A stretch of 32,356 nt of DNA from a virus (IMGVR_UViG_3300020043_004150:1-32356); one strand, 5' to 3'. Shown: positions 21,233-31,109, numbered from the stretch's first letter. Notes: generated by a model not told the origin, from the sequence alone. Translations and numbers: made by a program.

Positions 21233-24200
21233 TGGCAACCAAGGCTCCTAGAAAGCAACCGCCTCCTCCACCAAAGTCGGCAGCAGAAGAGTTGCTAGAT
21301 CAGCTTACTGGTGTTAAGCCAACCATTACTACTGCTCCTGTATCTGGTCAAAACTTTGTAGGACCAACTCTTGACCCATCTTTAATTGAAGCAAGACGAG
21401 CATTGACTTCTAAAGCAGCTCAAGCAACAAGAGCAGGTGTTAACCCTGCAATTGTAAGAGACATTGCTGCTGGTGGTGAAGACCCTAATCGTGGTTTTAT
21501 CGGACCGGCAAAAGCAGTTGGTGGATTTCTTAAAAGAGCTGGAGGTGCAATTGTTCCAGATGTTCTTGATGTTACTGACATCCCATTGCCGTTTACAGAC
21601 AGAAACCTTGGTCAAGCAGTAGCACCAGTTCTTAAGGGAGCTGGTAAAGAGCTATTAAAAACAGTTGAAGGACCATTAAAAATACTTGGTGTTGGTCGTG
21701 ACATAATCATTTCTACAGTAAAAGAATTAGGTGATGAAGGCGCTGCTCTTACAGGAACTAGACCTCGTGGACAAGCAGGACCTAGCGTAGGCAGAGTTTA
21801 TAATCTTGGTGCAGGTGGATTTAGTTGGAATGATTGGGTTAAACAATCTTTTGCCAACACCCCATTTGGTACAGCAGGTGATGAAGTTACCGGTGGTGAA
21901 ATATATGCTGGCATTGACAACCCTTATCTTAATCAAGCATTAGGTTTTGTTACAGATGTAGGTTTAGATCCAGTTACTTGGACTACAGGACCTGGTGGAC
22001 TTGCTAGAACTGGGGCTACAAGAGGTGTCTTTAAAGCATCTGCAGAAGCAACAGAAGCAGCACTAAAAGCAGAAGTTAAACGAGGTTTAGCAATTGCTGC
22101 AAAAGAATCAGCAGAAGCTACAGCTAAACAACTTGCTGCCGATGCAATTGTTTTAGGAACACCTTTGGCAAAAGAGGCAGCAGATAACGCTGCTAGATTG
22201 GCAGCAGATGCCGCTAAAGTTGCAGCAAAGGCTCAAGCACAAGCATCACGAACTGCAGCTCCAAGATTGTATGGAAGAACAGGCAAAGAAGCATTGGCTA
22301 ATTCTGTTCGTGAAATTCGCCAGAAGGCATTGGATGACATTGCAAATGGTGCAACAGGTGATGCTCTTGCATTTGCAGAGAAAACAGTTTCTGCCTTAAC
22401 AGATGATGTTATTGCTAAAGTTGCTAAAGATGGCTATGCCGGTCTTACCGGTTCATTGGTAGATATTTTTAAAGGTGTAAGAACTCCTGCTCAAGAAGTA
22501 CTTGGTGTTCAAGGTGGATTAAGAATAGGTGTTCCCGGTGCAAGAGTTACAATTCCAGGTACAAGAGTTCTTACTGATGTGTTGGGTAAAGGTGTTGCAG
22601 GTACAAAGGGTGTTCTTAAAGGCGGGCGTGTTGGCGGTTTGTTGGTAGAACAGATAACTCCAACTGGACAAGGCGGATTGTTTCGTGAACAAGACTTACT
22701 TGAACTACGCACAGGATTACAGACTGGTAAATTAAAAGGTACAAATGCTGCTCAAGCATCTGAGTTGCTTGCTTTGGATAAAGCCTTTCGTGGAAGAGTT
22801 GAACTTGTTAGAAAAGCAGTAGGCAATGTTGTAACTAGAACATTTGGTACTGGCAAAACAGCTAAATCTAATTATGCAAAGTTGCAAGAAATAGCCGATC
22901 ATGTTCGTACACCAGAATCTTTGTGGGCTGCAAGAGGATTACCTAAATTAACTCCAGCACAAAGAATTGCTTATGATGCATTCCGTAGATATTTAAGCCA
23001 ATTAGATGATATTACTCTTGAAGTTGCTGAAGGCACTGGTGGTTTTGTTCGTGCTCGTGAAGCGTTGCCAGCAGTGCAATCAACACAAGCAACAAGATGG
23101 TTGGCAAATAATCCAAAAGAAGCACAGAAACTTGCTGATGCATTAAATCTGACAGACATTATTACAGACCTTACTGCTCTTGATTTGAAGGTTGGGGATG
23201 TGTTTTTTGGTCGCACTTTAACTTCTGCCGATATTAAGGGTGGTATTGCAAGATTAAATCAAATAGCAAGAGAGTCCACACAAAAGCTCGGTAAAGGAAT
23301 TAACTTTGATTTCTTTGATAGCGATATCGCTAGATCAATTGCTCGTTACTCAGAGAACCAAGCAAGAAACTTTGCTAAGAATAAAGTCATTGGTGAATTA
23401 CCACCAACTGCAACTACGCTGTTCCCTGGTTCTCCTGTAGGTGTTGGTGTAACAGCTCCCGCAACTATCCCTGGTCTTGCTGCGCCTAGAACAAATGTTG
23501 TTGTTACTCCTGCTAATTTAACTAAGCTAGAAGGAAGAGTTGCAGCTGTAGGAGCAGACTTAACACAGTGGAATGCTGCAGATGTAAGTGCTTTGTATAA
23601 TAAATTAGAAAAAATTAGATCAACTGTTAAGACAACATTACGACCTGGATTTGATAGTGCAATAGATGATGCTCTTAAGTTTATTGATGACATTGAAGCC
23701 GGCATTGCTGCCGGTATTGTTGACCCAACTGTTGCAACATTAGCTGGAGATGAATTGGCATCGTATGCAGCATTACTCGCTCAAGGCACAGAGGATATTA
23801 CAAAGACACTTGCTGCTACTGCACCTGATCGTTGGAAAAAGGTTGCAGACATTGCTTATGATGGGTTTGTTAAGTTAGATCAAATTAATGCTCCAGGTGT
23901 TGAAGTACATCCTGCAATTGCTGAATTGTTTCAAAATATTAAGCGCCTTGATGACCCGCAATTTGCTGCACAAGCAGAAAAATTGTTGCGAGAATACAAT
24001 CAGTTCTTTAAAACATATGTAACAGCAACTCCTGGTTTCCATCTTCGCAACGCACTTGGCGGGACTATACAAATGATTTCTGGTGGTGTTAACCCAATTA
24101 ACGCAATACAGGGAATAAAGACATATGGCGCTTTGTACAAACTTCGTAAAGCTGGTGCAACAGTTCCTCAGATGATTGAAGAAGCAGTTAAGAAAGGAGC

Positions 24201-25332
24201 AATACCAAATACTCCTGCTGCCAAAAAGGCTCTTGAAGATGTTCTATTGTATTCACAAGCAACAGGCTTTGGACAAATTGGTGAAATAGCAGATTTAATT
24301 CCTGGCATAAGACCAGGTATCTTTGGTACAACTGCTACTGGAGATATACCTATTGCTGGTCGTTTTAGTCAACGCTTACCATCAAGTGAAGTAGGATCAA
24401 AAGTATCACAAACGCTTGCTTATCCTTTGTACGCCAGTCGTAAATTTGGTGCAGGTATTGAAAATACTATGCGTTTTGCAATGATGTTTGATGGTGTAGC
24501 ACGAGGGTTAGATGTTCAAGAAGCAGCGGCTCGTACAGCCAAGTTCTTGATTGACTATAGCGATGTATCTTCAGTTGATAGAATTGCAAGACAAGTGTTC
24601 CCATTCTGGATGTGGATGAGTCGCAACACTGCATTGCAAGCAGAATTGGTTTGGACAAACCCTAAAGTTTATAGAATTTATGATACCGCTCGCCGTGCAC
24701 TTGAAGATGAAGAAGGTACATCAGAGTTTGTACCTAATTACCTTAAAGATGTTGGTGCTTTCAAAGTTCCATTTGGTAAAGAGACATACATTAAACCTCC
24801 GTTTGGTTTGGTTGGTCGTGGTGAAGAAAGTGTACTTACAACTCTTATTGAAAACCCATTGAAAGTGTTGTCAAGAGCAACGCCGGCTTTGAAAGTTCCT
24901 GCTGAATTATTTAGAAATGAACAGTTCTTTACTGGTGCTCCAATTGTAAAAGATGGAGAAGGCAATGCATTACTTTATGCTTTCCAGCAATTAAATGCTC
25001 CCGGTCAGTTGATTGGCAGACTTGCATCTTTCACACCTGCTCGTAGAAATGAAATCTTCCAAAAGATTACAGGATCAAAGTCAGCACAGACAGACCCACG
25101 AGGTCAAGAAATTAACTCGCTGTGGAGTTTAATTGGTGCACCTATATTCCAACTTACTCCCGATCAAGAACGAAGTGAGATTTGGAGAAGATTCTTTGAA
25201 TTGTTGGAAGAAGAAACAGAAGCTAAGAATGTTAAAAAAGAAAACAGAGGGCAACCACAACCAAGTGTAACAACTCCTGGTTTGTCTGCTGCTGAAGAAT
25301 TACTTTTACAATTAGAGGGAAATAAACCATAA
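21232..25332 (+). CDS. Large internal virion / DNA ejection protein
   Basis: 1366 aa, Cys-free, Ala/Gly-rich; GLDPVTW, PGFHLRN and FPFWMWM motifs; last gene of the structural block as in podoviruses. Confidence 0.65.
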   Translation: MATKAPRKQPPPPPKSAAEELLDQLTGVKPTITTAPVSGQNFVGPTLDPSLIEARRALTSKAAQATRAGVNPAIVRDIAAGGEDPNRGFIGPAKAVGGFLKRAGGAIVPDVLDVTDIPLPFTDRNLGQAVAPVLKGAGKELLKTVEGPLKILGVGRDIIISTVKELGDEGAALTGTRPRGQAGPSVGRVYNLGAGGFSWNDWVKQSFANTPFGTAGDEVTGGEIYAGIDNPYLNQALGFVTDVGLDPVTWTTGPGGLARTGATRGVFKASAEATEAALKAEVKRGLAIAAKESAEATAKQLAADAIVLGTPLAKEAADNAARLAADAAKVAAKAQAQASRTAAPRLYGRTGKEALANSVREIRQKALDDIANGATGDALAFAEKTVSALTDDVIAKVAKDGYAGLTGSLVDIFKGVRTPAQEVLGVQGGLRIGVPGARVTIPGTRVLTDVLGKGVAGTKGVLKGGRVGGLLVEQITPTGQGGLFREQDLLELRTGLQTGKLKGTNAAQASELLALDKAFRGRVELVRKAVGNVVTRTFGTGKTAKSNYAKLQEIADHVRTPESLWAARGLPKLTPAQRIAYDAFRRYLSQLDDITLEVAEGTGGFVRAREALPAVQSTQATRWLANNPKEAQKLADALNLTDIITDLTALDLKVGDVFFGRTLTSADIKGGIARLNQIARESTQKLGKGINFDFFDSDIARSIARYSENQARNFAKNKVIGELPPTATTLFPGSPVGVGVTAPATIPGLAAPRTNVVVTPANLTKLEGRVAAVGADLTQWNAADVSALYNKLEKIRSTVKTTLRPGFDSAIDDALKFIDDIEAGIAAGIVDPTVATLAGDELASYAALLAQGTEDITKTLAATAPDRWKKVADIAYDGFVKLDQINAPGVEVHPAIAELFQNIKRLDDPQFAAQAEKLLREYNQFFKTYVTATPGFHLRNALGGTIQMISGGVNPINAIQGIKTYGALYKLRKAGATVPQMIEEAVKKGAIPNTPAAKKALEDVLLYSQATGFGQIGEIADLIPGIRPGIFGTTATGDIPIAGRFSQRLPSSEVGSKVSQTLAYPLYASRKFGAGIENTMRFAMMFDGVARGLDVQEAAARTAKFLIDYSDVSSVDRIARQVFPFWMWMSRNTALQAELVWTNPKVYRIYDTARRALEDEEGTSEFVPNYLKDVGAFKVPFGKETYIKPPFGLVGRGEESVLTTLIENPLKVLSRATPALKVPAELFRNEQFFTGAPIVKDGEGNALLYAFQQLNAPGQLIGRLASFTPARRNEIFQKITGSKSAQTDPRGQEINSLWSLIGAPIFQLTPDQERSEIWRRFFELLEEETEAKNVKKENRGQPQPSVTTPGLSAAEELLLQLEGNKP

Positions 25333-25335
25333 AAA

Positions 25336-25360
25336 TGTAACAAAACACCTTATAATAAGG
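25336..25360 (+). promoter_or_regulatory. Putative late promoter, copy 5 (GTAA-N16-AAG variant)
   Basis: TGTAA-caaaacacct-TATAAT-AAGG, upstream of the phosphoesterase-lysin pair. Confidence 0.55.
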
Positions 25361-25380
25361 AAAAATACCCTGGAGGTAAG

Positions 25381-26322
25381 GTGGAACGTAATAGAACATT
25401 AATAAATAACGCACCCGAATATAAAATACCAATATTAAAAACAAAAACTATTAAGAAAACTAATACAAATAAAGTGTGTGTAGTTGTACCCGATGCACAA
25501 ATTGGGTATTACAGAGATAAGAATAATAAATTGGTAGCAACTCATGATGAAAAAGCAATTGAGATCGCATTGGCTATTATAAAAGATTTGCAACCAAATC
25601 TTGTTGTATGTGTCGGAGATAACCTAGACTTTCCTGAGTTTGGTAAGTATCGCACTACGCCCGCATTTCAACAAACTACACAAGCTGCAATTGATAGAGC
25701 CGGCCTGTTTGCTGCGCAATTGCGTAAGTCTGCACCTAAAGCAAAGATTGTTTGGTTGGCGGGTAATCATGAAGAAAGATTGCCTAATTATATTCTAGAC
25801 AATGCTTTTGCTGCTTATGGATTACATCAGAGCAACGATATAAAGAAAGCACCCGTACTTACTGTACCTAACTTGTGTAACTTTGATAAGTACAAAATAG
25901 AATATCTTTATGGATACCCGGCTGGTGAGTTTTGGATTAACGACAACTTAAAAGTAATTCATGGCACAAAGGCAAAGACAAATGCCAATACAGCCCATGC
26001 TTATTTAAGAGATGAACAGGTGTCTGTTCTTTACGGACACATTCATAGAATAGAAACTGCATATAAAACACGCCGTACAGCTAAAGGTTCTACAACAACA
26101 ATGGCAGCGTCTGCAGGATGTCTTGCTCGTATAGATGGTGCTGTGCCAAGCACAAGAGGCAGTAAAGATGCTGATGGCAGACCAATATCAGTCGCAGAAG
26201 ATTGGCAACAAGGACTAGGTGTTGTCACTTATCAAACAACTGGTAGACATAAATTTTCGTATGAAGTAATCGCCATTTCTGATGGCTGGGCTATGTTTAG
26301 AGGGAAACAGTACAAGTCCTAA
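25381..26322 (+). CDS. Calcineurin-like metallophosphoesterase
   Basis: Motifs PDAQ (DxH variant), GDNLD, GNHE, HG and GHIH; GGAGG RBS with GTG start. Confidence 0.85.
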   Translation: MERNRTLINNAPEYKIPILKTKTIKKTNTNKVCVVVPDAQIGYYRDKNNKLVATHDEKAIEIALAIIKDLQPNLVVCVGDNLDFPEFGKYRTTPAFQQTTQAAIDRAGLFAAQLRKSAPKAKIVWLAGNHEERLPNYILDNAFAAYGLHQSNDIKKAPVLTVPNLCNFDKYKIEYLYGYPAGEFWINDNLKVIHGTKAKTNANTAHAYLRDEQVSVLYGHIHRIETAYKTRRTAKGSTTTMAASAGCLARIDGAVPSTRGSKDADGRPISVAEDWQQGLGVVTYQTTGRHKFSYEVIAISDGWAMFRGKQYKS

Positions 26323-26342
26323 TTAACTAAACAGGAGGTCCT

Positions 26343-26723
26343 GTGAATACATTATTATTTATCCTGGCGTTAGCTATGCCTACACACGACAATCGCCTTT
26401 GTCCTGAATACACAAAGGATATTCGTAAGGCTGGGTTGCCGGTTGCAGAGTTTGATTACATTGCCAAAAGAGAGTCTGGCTGTAATCCTAAAGCGATCAA
26501 TGCTCGCTTTGATAAGAAAGGTAAGGTTATCTGGACTTTAAATAAGAACGGGTCCATAGACAGAGGATTGTTTCAAATCAACTCTGTCCATGAACAAACC
26601 GTTCGTAAATTATGCAAGTCTGACCTTGATGCTTTGCTAACACTTGACTGCAATCTTAAGGTTGCTAAGTATCTGTATGACAGATATGGCTTAGTTCCTT
26701 GGAAAGCAGTAGTTAAGCCTTAA
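26343..26723 (+). CDS. Lytic transglycosylase (SLT / lysozyme-like) with signal peptide, putative endolysin
   Basis: IAKRESG catalytic Glu, DRGLFQIN, C-terminal PW, hydrophobic N-terminus. Confidence 0.85.
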   Translation: MNTLLFILALAMPTHDNRLCPEYTKDIRKAGLPVAEFDYIAKRESGCNPKAINARFDKKGKVIWTLNKNGSIDRGLFQINSVHEQTVRKLCKSDLDALLTLDCNLKVAKYLYDRYGLVPWKAVVKP

Positions 26724-26974
26724 TTTAAACCCTCTTGAAGAGTTTGAATAACTGCGGCTAAAAAAGCTTCTGTGTAAGCAATTGATAAAGGATGACCTGT
26801 TCTTCTTGATCGTAGATAATGATTAATAATTTCTTGTATTTGCAATTGTGAAAAGGTTAAAAGAACTGTAATTCCTTCGTTATCGTTTTCTATTAAATCT
26901 TGGCTGGCGTTAGACAAGTCTCTTAAATCTTCTTCATTAAAGATGTTAATTGCCCAATCCCAGCTTTCACTCAT
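26720..26974 (-). CDS. Hypothetical protein
   Basis: 84 aa, TAATG-coupled to the sigma-4 gene; its stop overlaps the lysin stop (TTAA). Confidence 0.65.
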   Translation of the reverse strand: MSESWDWAINIFNEEDLRDLSNASQDLIENDNEGITVLLTFSQLQIQEIINHYLRSRRTGHPLSIAYTEAFLAAVIQTLQEGLN

Positions 26975-27351
26975 TAGATCCCGACCTTTTCCCTTATTGC
27001 TTCATTTTCAAGCAATATTGTTTTTAATTTATTTTGAGCAGCTTTTGTAAGTCTCCATGCGTGAGCGTTAGACATTCCCAACCTTTCACCCAGTTCAACA
27101 TAAGTAAGCCTTTCGTAATTAACAGCGTTAATAATAAATCTATCTTGATCGGATAAACTATCAATAGCGTCTATAATAGCTTCTTTTATTACATCTACTT
27201 CATCCAATGACATAGCTGGCTCTTCGTGAAGCACTGCCTCCATCAAAGCCTGCATTTGGTTCATTGGTTTATGTGTTTTACGCTTATTAAGAACCTTTTC
27301 TAATTGATAATTCTCTACCGGTATTTCTTTACCGTAATAAACATCAGTCAT
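26974..27351 (-). CDS. Stand-alone sigma-70 region 4 HTH protein
   Basis: IIDAIDSLSDQDRFII...LTYVELGERLGMSNAHAWRLTKAAQNKLK; 125 aa, too short to include region 2. Confidence 0.8.
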   Translation of the reverse strand: MTDVYYGKEIPVENYQLEKVLNKRKTHKPMNQMQALMEAVLHEEPAMSLDEVDVIKEAIIDAIDSLSDQDRFIINAVNYERLTYVELGERLGMSNAHAWRLTKAAQNKLKTILLENEAIREKVGI

Positions 27352-27520
27352 TGGTTATCACCAACGCTATTGCGAGTACCGTATAACATAAAATTGCGAG
27401 CTGTAAAGCCCATGCGTGATATCTATTCATCTATCCTCCTATGCATTAGAACCCTCTGAGAAGCCTCTGTGAGCCTCTGTAAGCGTTTTATAATGCGGTT
27501 TGAGCTATCCGTTGATGCTC

Positions 27521-27859
27521 TTATCTTTTAAAAGCCTTGATATCCAAAACGCATTTATCATCTTCATAAGCCGCGCCGTTTAATCCATCCATAATAGATT
27601 TGATGTAATTATCCAAATCTCCTCGTAATGACGACTCTGCTTTGATTTCTTTTATAGTAACAACCATGTTGTCTTTATTAAAGATTATTGATAAACATAT
27701 TGGACCATCAAACTTTGGACCTTTAGCTAGAACATAAGCATCTTTAACTGCTTGCTCATATTCTCTTGTTGCTTTGTCCGTATACATTGAGTGCCTACCT
27801 GCCCTTGGTCGCCCCTTTGCTTTAGGTTTGAAGGGCAAGTTGAAGCTAAATGATCTCAT
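27521..27859 (-). CDS. rusA: RusA-like Holliday junction resolvase
   Basis: PKAKGRPR...GDLDNYIKSIMDGLNGAAYEDDKCV. Confidence 0.9.
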   Translation of the reverse strand: MRSFSFNLPFKPKAKGRPRAGRHSMYTDKATREYEQAVKDAYVLAKGPKFDGPICLSIIFNKDNMVVTIKEIKAESSLRGDLDNYIKSIMDGLNGAAYEDDKCVLDIKAFKR

Positions 27860-28242
27860 ACATCATTTCTAAACAAATTTGGTTTTAAGCTTGGCATCTT
27901 CATAGATATGTTGGCTTCAGCATTCTTTACAAATGGTCCTGATTCCATCATATTTACAGTAGGTTTACTTCCACTTTCTGGCGCTTTACTTTCTACTTTT
28001 AGAGAGTCAAGTTTAAGCATCATCTCATCTCGTGAAATGACTGGAACTCTTCTCCCGCCTCTTGATGGGGTTGACCTTGTTTCATACTTGCTATTAATCT
28101 TGTTATAAACATGATCAAAGGCAACATCAAAGTCTTCCAAAACTTCTTCTACTGTTTCTGGTCTGTACTCCAAACTAATAATAAGATCACTTGCGATCTT
28201 GGCACAAGTTTGGGCTACAATTGCATTATTTACTTCTGACAT
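27856..28242 (-). CDS. Hypothetical protein
   Basis: 128 aa with AAGGAGG RBS. Confidence 0.7.
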   Translation of the reverse strand: MSEVNNAIVAQTCAKIASDLIISLEYRPETVEEVLEDFDVAFDHVYNKINSKYETRSTPSRGGRRVPVISRDEMMLKLDSLKVESKAPESGSKPTVNMMESGPFVKNAEANISMKMPSLKPNLFRNDV

Positions 28243-28258
28243 AATTAACCTCCTTCGG

Positions 28259-28762
28259 TTATTTCTCTGCGTACCAACGCAAATCTGCGTTTTGTACTTC
28301 GGTAGATATAAAACTAAAACCAGCCTTTTCTAAAGTTTGATTCATGTTCCATTCTCCGACATTTTGATAATACTCATGACTTTTTATAGGTTTATCATCT
28401 ATTGCTGAATGAGGCTGTCTTCCTTCACCAGCGCAAGTTCCAACAAAGAATCCTCCATCCTTTAAGTTGTCATAACTATTATAAACTACTTCTTTCCATT
28501 GTTCCAAATGCTCAAACACTTCGCAGCACACAATGATGTCGTATGTGTTGAAAGCATCGTATTTTGTTGCATCTGCAACCAAATCAACTCCAGGTCCTTC
28601 TTGAATGTCTAAACCCAAATATGATTTACTGAATGGTAAAAATATACTTTTGATTGAACCATTAATATCTAGTGAGCCAATCTCAAGCACATCAAAATCT
28701 TTTCTATCGCCTCTCCATAAATGGAAAGTTTTAAATACATAGTTTTGAACATCAAGATGCAT
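28259..28762 (-). CDS. Class I SAM-dependent methyltransferase
   Basis: TAATG-coupled start at 28762; VLEIGS, GLD...GVDLVADA, YDIIVCCEVFEH, LKDGG. Confidence 0.9.
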   Translation of the reverse strand: MHLDVQNYVFKTFHLWRGDRKDFDVLEIGSLDINGSIKSIFLPFSKSYLGLDIQEGPGVDLVADATKYDAFNTYDIIVCCEVFEHLEQWKEVVYNSYDNLKDGGFFVGTCAGEGRQPHSAIDDKPIKSHEYYQNVGEWNMNQTLEKAGFSFISTEVQNADLRWYAEK

Positions 28763-29232
28763 TAGATATGTCTCCAAACTTTTCTTTTAATAATTCTAGA
28801 AATTGTTGGTTGGTTTGTATTAAACATCTTTGCAATTTGCATTTGATTCTTTTCATGGCTGTCGTATAACCTACGAATCTCAACAACTTGTTCTGGAGTC
28901 AGTTTGCTTTGCCAATGGAATTGTCCACGCCTTACTGAGTTTTTGGCTGGAACAAGCAAAGAATCTTCTTCTATGCGCAAATGATTTGGGTTACAGCACA
29001 ATCTATTACCGCAAATTTGCTCTACAATAGCGTGTTTAGGCAAGTTTTCATCAACCCATAGCCTATAAGCAAGGCGATGAACCCTGTGCATTTCTTTATC
29101 TATAGTCCAGATGCCAAATCCTTGTTTTGAACAAGCACCATTCCATGTCCAGCAATCAGACTCAACAGTAACTATTAACTTCTTTTGCATTCGCTTTTTA
29201 ATAAATTCATTTGTATATTTTGGTGTAATCAT
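28762..29232 (-). CDS. Degenerate HNH endonuclease with C-terminal HTH
   Basis: CWTWNG...VHRLAY...EQICGNRLCCNPNHL, then SKLTPEQVVEIR...TISRIIKRKVW. Confidence 0.8.
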   Translation of the reverse strand: MITPKYTNEFIKKRMQKKLIVTVESDCWTWNGACSKQGFGIWTIDKEMHRVHRLAYRLWVDENLPKHAIVEQICGNRLCCNPNHLRIEEDSLLVPAKNSVRRGQFHWQSKLTPEQVVEIRRLYDSHEKNQMQIAKMFNTNQPTISRIIKRKVWRHI

Positions 29233-31109
29233 TTTACTTTCTCCTTTTTGTTATAACTGTTTGCTTTATCAACTGCTTTGCGTTTCTTTTCATAAACAAG
29301 TTTGTCTCTGTGCATTTCATTTAACCAATCTGCTGGCGGATCTTCATTAAATGTTTTGGAATCTTCATGCTTACAACGAGTTTTGTGTGTGATAACTGCA
29401 CGGCGTTTAACAACCTGCGTTACCCAATCAACAACATCGTTATCACCGGCAAGCCAACGCAACGATTCATCAAATCTCCAATGAGGTACAAGGTCTTTGG
29501 CTAACATATAACAGAAACCTGCCATACCGCCCCAACCGTCATATCGTGAACCTGACACGCCGTAAACATCACGATCTCTGTCATCATTGACATTTGGTTC
29601 TGTTGAATAGTTAGGGCATATCAATCCAATTGATGGGTCTCGCAACATACAAGTCATAAGAGTTGTCATACAATCTGGGGCTAAAGATATGTCATCATTG
29701 ATAAATGCCATGTAGTTACCAGTGCCAAGAACTTTCATGGCTGTATTCCACATGCGATGAATACCAATACCTTCCGGGACCATTAATTTAATAATGTTGT
29801 CGGGTATAGCAGATAAGCTATTATAAGCTTTGTCTCCGTCAGCAATAACAACAATACGATCAACTTTGTAATCCCTCATAAGTTGTGCAATAAGCACTGT
29901 CAAACCATTGAGATTAGATTTGTAAGGGATAACAACATCAACTTTTGCTTCTTGGGCCTTATAAAAGAATAAATTGTTTTGCAATCTTATGTCATTTGGG
30001 GCTAATGATAAAGCAATAGTGCCGTGTTTAACAGCTACATCCATCATGCCAAGCTGTGCTGAAGCCAATGCAAGCAGATCGTGAGGCAACCAACCCCACA
30101 TAATTGCTTCGGTTAGATACAAATCACCACGATTGGTGATAGATAATGCTCTATTGGCAGCATCAAACATACCAGCCCAGTTCTTCACATCCTGATAATG
30201 CTGTGCTAATTCAACCCAGCATTCTCTGCCATGACTCCATTCAGCAACAGCACGAAGCAACCATTGTTCACGCTCGTGAGAGCCAACAGGTGATTGTTTA
30301 GCGATGTAACGCATTGAGAAGGCTCTTTCTGCATCCCAAGTAGCACTCTTGAGGGCTAAATGTCGTTTAAACATTGCAATAGATTCTTCTGTACGCCCGT
30401 AATACATTAATTCTCGGGCGGCATAATAAGTATTTCTATCGTTTTCTGGGTTTTCTTCTACATCTAACAATAACAAAGGTAGATAAGAACTACGAGGCTT
30501 GCTATTGTCAGCGAAGTGCTGGATACGCAGTCCAGTCCAGCCTTGACGCTCTTCTTCTAGTGCTACATTGACTTCATGTACTCTGTTAACCCATTTATGT
30601 GAGTGTCTGCGTACAATCTTGTCTCCACGATATGATAAACCAACTGATTTAGTTGCCCTTGTTGCTTCAATATCATATTCACCGTTTTCTTTAAATACCG
30701 GTTGAGTCCAATTCCAATCGTAATCATAACGAGGTCGGTTTACAATCAAAGGAACCGGGTCTAAATGTCTTCTCCAATCTGGTACAAAGACTTCATCAAG
30801 GTCAAGGTTAATCAACCAAGCATCATTGTCAGGCAACATCTCACGCAAATCATTGCGGGCAACCGCAAAAGACCAACTATCATATGTTTTATAAAATACT
30901 GTAATGCCTAATGACTCTGCTAGTTCTTTAGAACCATCAGTTGAGCCTGTATCAAGCAGATAAACACCATCACCTTCTCGTAGTTCTGGTTTAATGCTGT
31001 CATACCAGCGTTTTACATGCTTGGCTTCGTTTTTCATGATGCTGCAAACATAAACAGGTAAATTATTACCTTCTGTGACATGTGGTGTTTTTACAAGTGG
31101 TAACATCAT
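29229..31109 (-). CDS. Glycosyltransferase, GT2-TPR-GT2 fusion
   Basis: IMKNE, DTGSTDG, FAVARN, LDLDE and VHE; TPR-like helices; second GT-A domain VVIPY...WN...INDD...GDND. Confidence 0.9.
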   Translation of the reverse strand: MMLPLVKTPHVTEGNNLPVYVCSIMKNEAKHVKRWYDSIKPELREGDGVYLLDTGSTDGSKELAESLGITVFYKTYDSWSFAVARNDLREMLPDNDAWLINLDLDEVFVPDWRRHLDPVPLIVNRPRYDYDWNWTQPVFKENGEYDIEATRATKSVGLSYRGDKIVRRHSHKWVNRVHEVNVALEEERQGWTGLRIQHFADNSKPRSSYLPLLLLDVEENPENDRNTYYAARELMYYGRTEESIAMFKRHLALKSATWDAERAFSMRYIAKQSPVGSHEREQWLLRAVAEWSHGRECWVELAQHYQDVKNWAGMFDAANRALSITNRGDLYLTEAIMWGWLPHDLLALASAQLGMMDVAVKHGTIALSLAPNDIRLQNNLFFYKAQEAKVDVVIPYKSNLNGLTVLIAQLMRDYKVDRIVVIADGDKAYNSLSAIPDNIIKLMVPEGIGIHRMWNTAMKVLGTGNYMAFINDDISLAPDCMTTLMTCMLRDPSIGLICPNYSTEPNVNDDRDRDVYGVSGSRYDGWGGMAGFCYMLAKDLVPHWRFDESLRWLAGDNDVVDWVTQVVKRRAVITHKTRCKHEDSKTFNEDPPADWLNEMHRDKLVYEKKRKAVDKANSYNKKEKVK

